A program made the translations under genes and the position numbers. From Fistulifera solaris (Eukaryota): a stretch of DNA of 64,000 nucleotides. The stretch lies in contig AP026147.1 in assembly GCA_030295235.1 (NCBI GenBank), positions 496,001 through 560,000 of the forward strand. The letters run 5' to 3'. Shown here piece by piece: positions 60,763 to 64,000 of the stretch. Below the pieces are notes generated by a model. The model saw only the letters and a list, made by a program, of their open reading frames with translations. It searched no databases and was not told the origin of the DNA. Within the stretch, counting starts at the first letter, position 1. The number at the start of each line of letters is the position of its first letter.

Positions 60763-61447
60763 ATGAGCACGAAAGAAGTCAAAACATCGTCCACAAAGGG
60801 ATTGACGAAAAGACGAAAGCATCCAGCACACCAGCTACAGTGCTCGACAAGATTCTGGTAGCCAGTAGCCATTCGCAATCAACCCCATACATCCGAAAAG
60901 GGCGTTTCACGCACTGCCATTGCGAAATATCTGCAAAGTAGCTACAACTACGACAACCCAAATGCACTCAAGAGGGCTTTACAGAGTGGCGTAACGAACA
61001 AAACATTGATACAAACGGGTCAGAGTTTTCGTGTCGCCGGCGATCCGGTCGTTTCCATTCCTACCGTTCAAGTTACCGTCGAAGACTTGGTTGTCGGAAA
61101 CAACAGTGAAGCAAACAAAGGCGATACGGTAGCAGTCAAATACGAAGGGAAACTGGACGATGGAACGGTTTTTGACGCGGCAGATTCCTTCACATTTACA
61201 TTGGGGGCGGGAGATGTTATAAAAGGTACACAATCATTCTTGAGTTCGATACAATTTTGCGCGTCATGTATCTGAACAACTGCTTTTTTGCACAGGCTGG
61301 GATCAAGGGATTGTGGGAATGAAAGTCGGCGGCAAACGAAAGCTGTTCGTACCCAGTTCGTTGGGATACGGCAAAAGAGGATCGGCTCCCGATATTCCGC
61401 CCAATGCCGATTTGCACTTTGTGGTAACACTGCTTAAGATAAAGTGA
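60763..61447 (+). CDS. Linker-histone (H1/H15) globular domain fused to FKBP-type PPIase; frame disrupted in this assembly
   Basis: [12 protein letters not shown]...[13 protein letters not shown]...[23 protein letters not shown] runs in frame into [19 protein letters not shown]...[41 protein letters not shown]. Intron 61226-61295; A-run slip near 60810 and 7-bp duplication 60858-60871. Confidence 0.75.
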
Positions 61448-62030
61448 TACCAGGTACGGAGTATAGTACGGTAGGGAACGCTACCGATGCTTGGATCCTA
61501 TTGCGGACGTGTAGCTATGTTGCGTCATCCAACGTGTCTCGAAACCACGTTCCGTATCTGTCTTAATCGTATGAGTTACTATGCTTTCAATCTATTCATA
61601 ACGTTAAAGGTAGAAAGAGACATGAGATATGGAGGCGGTCTATTTTAAAAAGATAATTCCTAGCTTCTAACATCGCATGGAAGGAAATACTGGGTACAAT
61701 ATTCGTCACGAGAAAAAGAGTCATGAGCAGTAAGGTCAGGGTTCAGCAAAGTTGAGAACGTACCAGGTAAGTCACGAGTTTACAGTCACGAATGAGTGTG
61801 AGGTGTACAAATTCTGGACACCGCATCATCGTCATCCGACCGAATGCCTTTGTATACACCGAAGAGTACACCTGATGAGATCGGCAGCATCGGCAGTTCA
61901 ACGAATGCGACACACGTGTTTTCTTCTTTCTCGTCGGCATCGACACAAAAACATATTGAATGGAGCAGAACCGCACACATCTGTTCTTTTCTCTTCAAAG
62001 CTCTTGTTCCTTTAATTTGACATATTGATC

Positions 62031-63419
62031 ATGATGTTTACTAGACTAGTAGTGGCTGCCGCCTTGCAAGCGTCGCTGGTTGCAGGCTTTCAGCCGACTT
62101 CACCGGCTCTTCGTCATTCGTCATCAAAGACATTGTCGGCCGTCGTCGTCAACACGCCACAGGAAAGCCCACTGTCGACACTACCAAAAGAAGGCATGCT
62201 GATGGATTTGCAAGGAATCGCCTTTTCCGGCTTGAAAGGCCAGGCATTGACTATAAAGCATGAAGACTTCCCGAAGGGTGCCGATCTCCGCGCCGTCATC
62301 CCCAAAGACTGTTTCGAACCCGACACGGCCAAGTCTCTGGGTTATTTGACGGTGTCTACTATCGGAACTGCCCTCTGCACAGCCATCGGTGTCAGCATGC
62401 TACAGGTACTACCACCAGCAAATCCTTTGACGTGGCCCATTTGGGCGGCTTACTCGGCTATCACCGGTACGGTCGCCATGGGCTTGTGGGTGTTGGCGCA
62501 TGAGTGCGGTCACGGCGCCTTTTCGAAGAACAAAAAGCTTCAAGATGCCGTGGGATATACCATTCACAGTATCATGTTAGTACCATATTACTCGTGGCAG
62601 CGATCTCATGCCGTTCATCATCAGTACACGAATCATGTCGAATTGGGCGAAACGCACGTTCCGGAACTTTCGGCCAGTCGAGAGGAAGGCTCCCTCGGCA
62701 AACGACAAGCCTTCATCAAGACATTCGGAGAGAAAAATGGAATTCGCGCTTGGGGTGTCTACCAACTCTTTATGCATCTCGTGCTTGGATGGCCCGCGTA
62801 CCTCTTGATTGGGGCGACCGGAGGTCATGCTCGCGGTATGACCAATCACTTTTACCCCGAGCCTCTTACCACTCCCGATCAGCCGAAGAAGGAACTCTTC
62901 CCTGGTAACTGGAAAGAAAAGGTCTATCAATCGGACATCGGAATCGCTGCTACAGTCGCTGCTGTCGCTGCCTGGGCACTCTGCAATGGACTTCCCCAGG
63001 TCATGGCTCTTTACGGCGGACCATTGCTCGTCGTCAATGCGTGGTTGGTCACCTACACATGGTTGCAACACACCGATGTTGATGTTCCTCACTTTTCGGA
63101 CGATAAGCACAACTTTGTGAAGGGAGCATTGCATACCATTGACCGACCATATGACAAACTCGACCCGTGGGGCATTATTGATTTCTTACATCATAAGATT
63201 GGTACTACCCATGTGGCACATCATTTTGACAGCACGATTCCTCATTACAAGGCCCAAGCAGCCACCGATGCTATCAAAGAAAACTTTCCCGAATATTACT
63301 TGTACGAACCAACTCCAATTCCTCAAGCGCTTTGGCGGGTTGCCAAAGGATGCTCTGCCGTTGAGAAACGCGGCGATTCCTGGGTCTTTGTCAACGAAGG
63401 CTTGGAAGATAAGCTTTAA
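62031..63419 (+). CDS. Putatively plastid-targeted delta-12/omega-6 fatty acid desaturase (FAD2/FAD6-type)
   Basis: Histidine boxes HECGH, HAVHH and HVAHH; TWLQHTD and GALHTIDR; signal + VAG-FQP presequence. Confidence 0.92.
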   Translation: MMFTRLVVAAALQASLVAGFQPTSPALRHSSSKTLSAVVVNTPQESPLSTLPKEGMLMDLQGIAFSGLKGQALTIKHEDFPKGADLRAVIPKDCFEPDTAKSLGYLTVSTIGTALCTAIGVSMLQVLPPANPLTWPIWAAYSAITGTVAMGLWVLAHECGHGAFSKNKKLQDAVGYTIHSIMLVPYYSWQRSHAVHHQYTNHVELGETHVPELSASREEGSLGKRQAFIKTFGEKNGIRAWGVYQLFMHLVLGWPAYLLIGATGGHARGMTNHFYPEPLTTPDQPKKELFPGNWKEKVYQSDIGIAATVAAVAAWALCNGLPQVMALYGGPLLVVNAWLVTYTWLQHTDVDVPHFSDDKHNFVKGALHTIDRPYDKLDPWGIIDFLHHKIGTTHVAHHFDSTIPHYKAQAATDAIKENFPEYYLYEPTPIPQALWRVAKGCSAVEKRGDSWVFVNEGLEDKL

Positions 63420-64000
63420 ATAAGTCTATAACTTAGATATCTGGTATCTAACCGTATTGCGTGATGCATCCGAGTACAATTTAGGAGAATTCGCACGAAT
63501 CGGTAATTATTTGCCGCTAGATTAAACCAGTGGGATCGACGTGCGTTTCTCCAATGAAACAGTATAAAGCTACTTCTGGAGTTTTGAAAGAGTCCATCTG
63601 ACGAATGAATAGGATCTGCCACAATTGGTGATCCGCGACACAAATCTCCGAGTTGTTCTTCGATTCACACGAAGCACAAACATAAATATCCTTTGGAGTA
63701 CATCGCTAACCACAAAGCTTAATCACTCTGTTAACTTAAAAGAAGGAAATGATTTTTTCAAATTCCGCTCTTATGCGTTGTAGCTGAATCGACAACTTGA
63801 TCTTTGTTTCCGATTATAACAAGCCTGGAATGTCCCCCCTATACAACTGCTTCATTATTGTCCATACTAAAATAAGTATTCAATGTGTGACCACTGACCG
63901 ATTCTTTTTTTTGTTTGTTTGCCATCACTTGCATTAGAAACCTCGATTTGGTCGACTTCATGTTGATCCATCAATACCTCGTAAGAAGTAAGAATGACTT

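Overview
This is a gene-dense eukaryotic nuclear window, very likely from a pennate diatom. The evidence is short GT-AG introns, several bipartite signal + 'ASAF'-type plastid presequences, bHLH-PAS factors and a plastid-type delta-12 desaturase. About 27 protein-coding genes can be reconstructed. Recognisable ones include FANCM-like helicase, PMS2, START protein, LRR-kinase, METTL21-like methyltransferase, cyclin L, MYND-RING-TPR, SKI3-like, POP4, RPL36A/eL42, two bHLH-PAS, cis-prenyltransferase, GH18, BASS, DUF445-like, NOL-like SDR, TMEM151-like and a FAD6-like desaturase. The ORF track hides three domain fusions that appear once introns and frameshifts are read by hand: (1) a cellulose-synthase-like GT2 spliced in frame to a P-loop sulfotransferase, a candidate single-chain sulfated-polysaccharide synthase; (2) a putatively secreted PhoA alkaline phosphatase fused to a glycerophosphodiester phosphodiesterase; (3) a linker-histone globular domain fused to an FKBP. 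There is also a tandem pair of divergent Rai1/DXO-like genes. Intergenic DNA holds several palindrome-based repeat families (GTAGACGTCTAC inverted arrays, TTCCAGAATTTCTGGAA arrays, a ~215/430-bp repeat) and a recurrent TGACTGAAATTCAGTCA palindrome. Many genes carry single-base frameshifts at homopolymers, most likely assembly errors. All family assignments come from motif recognition by eye, not database searches.
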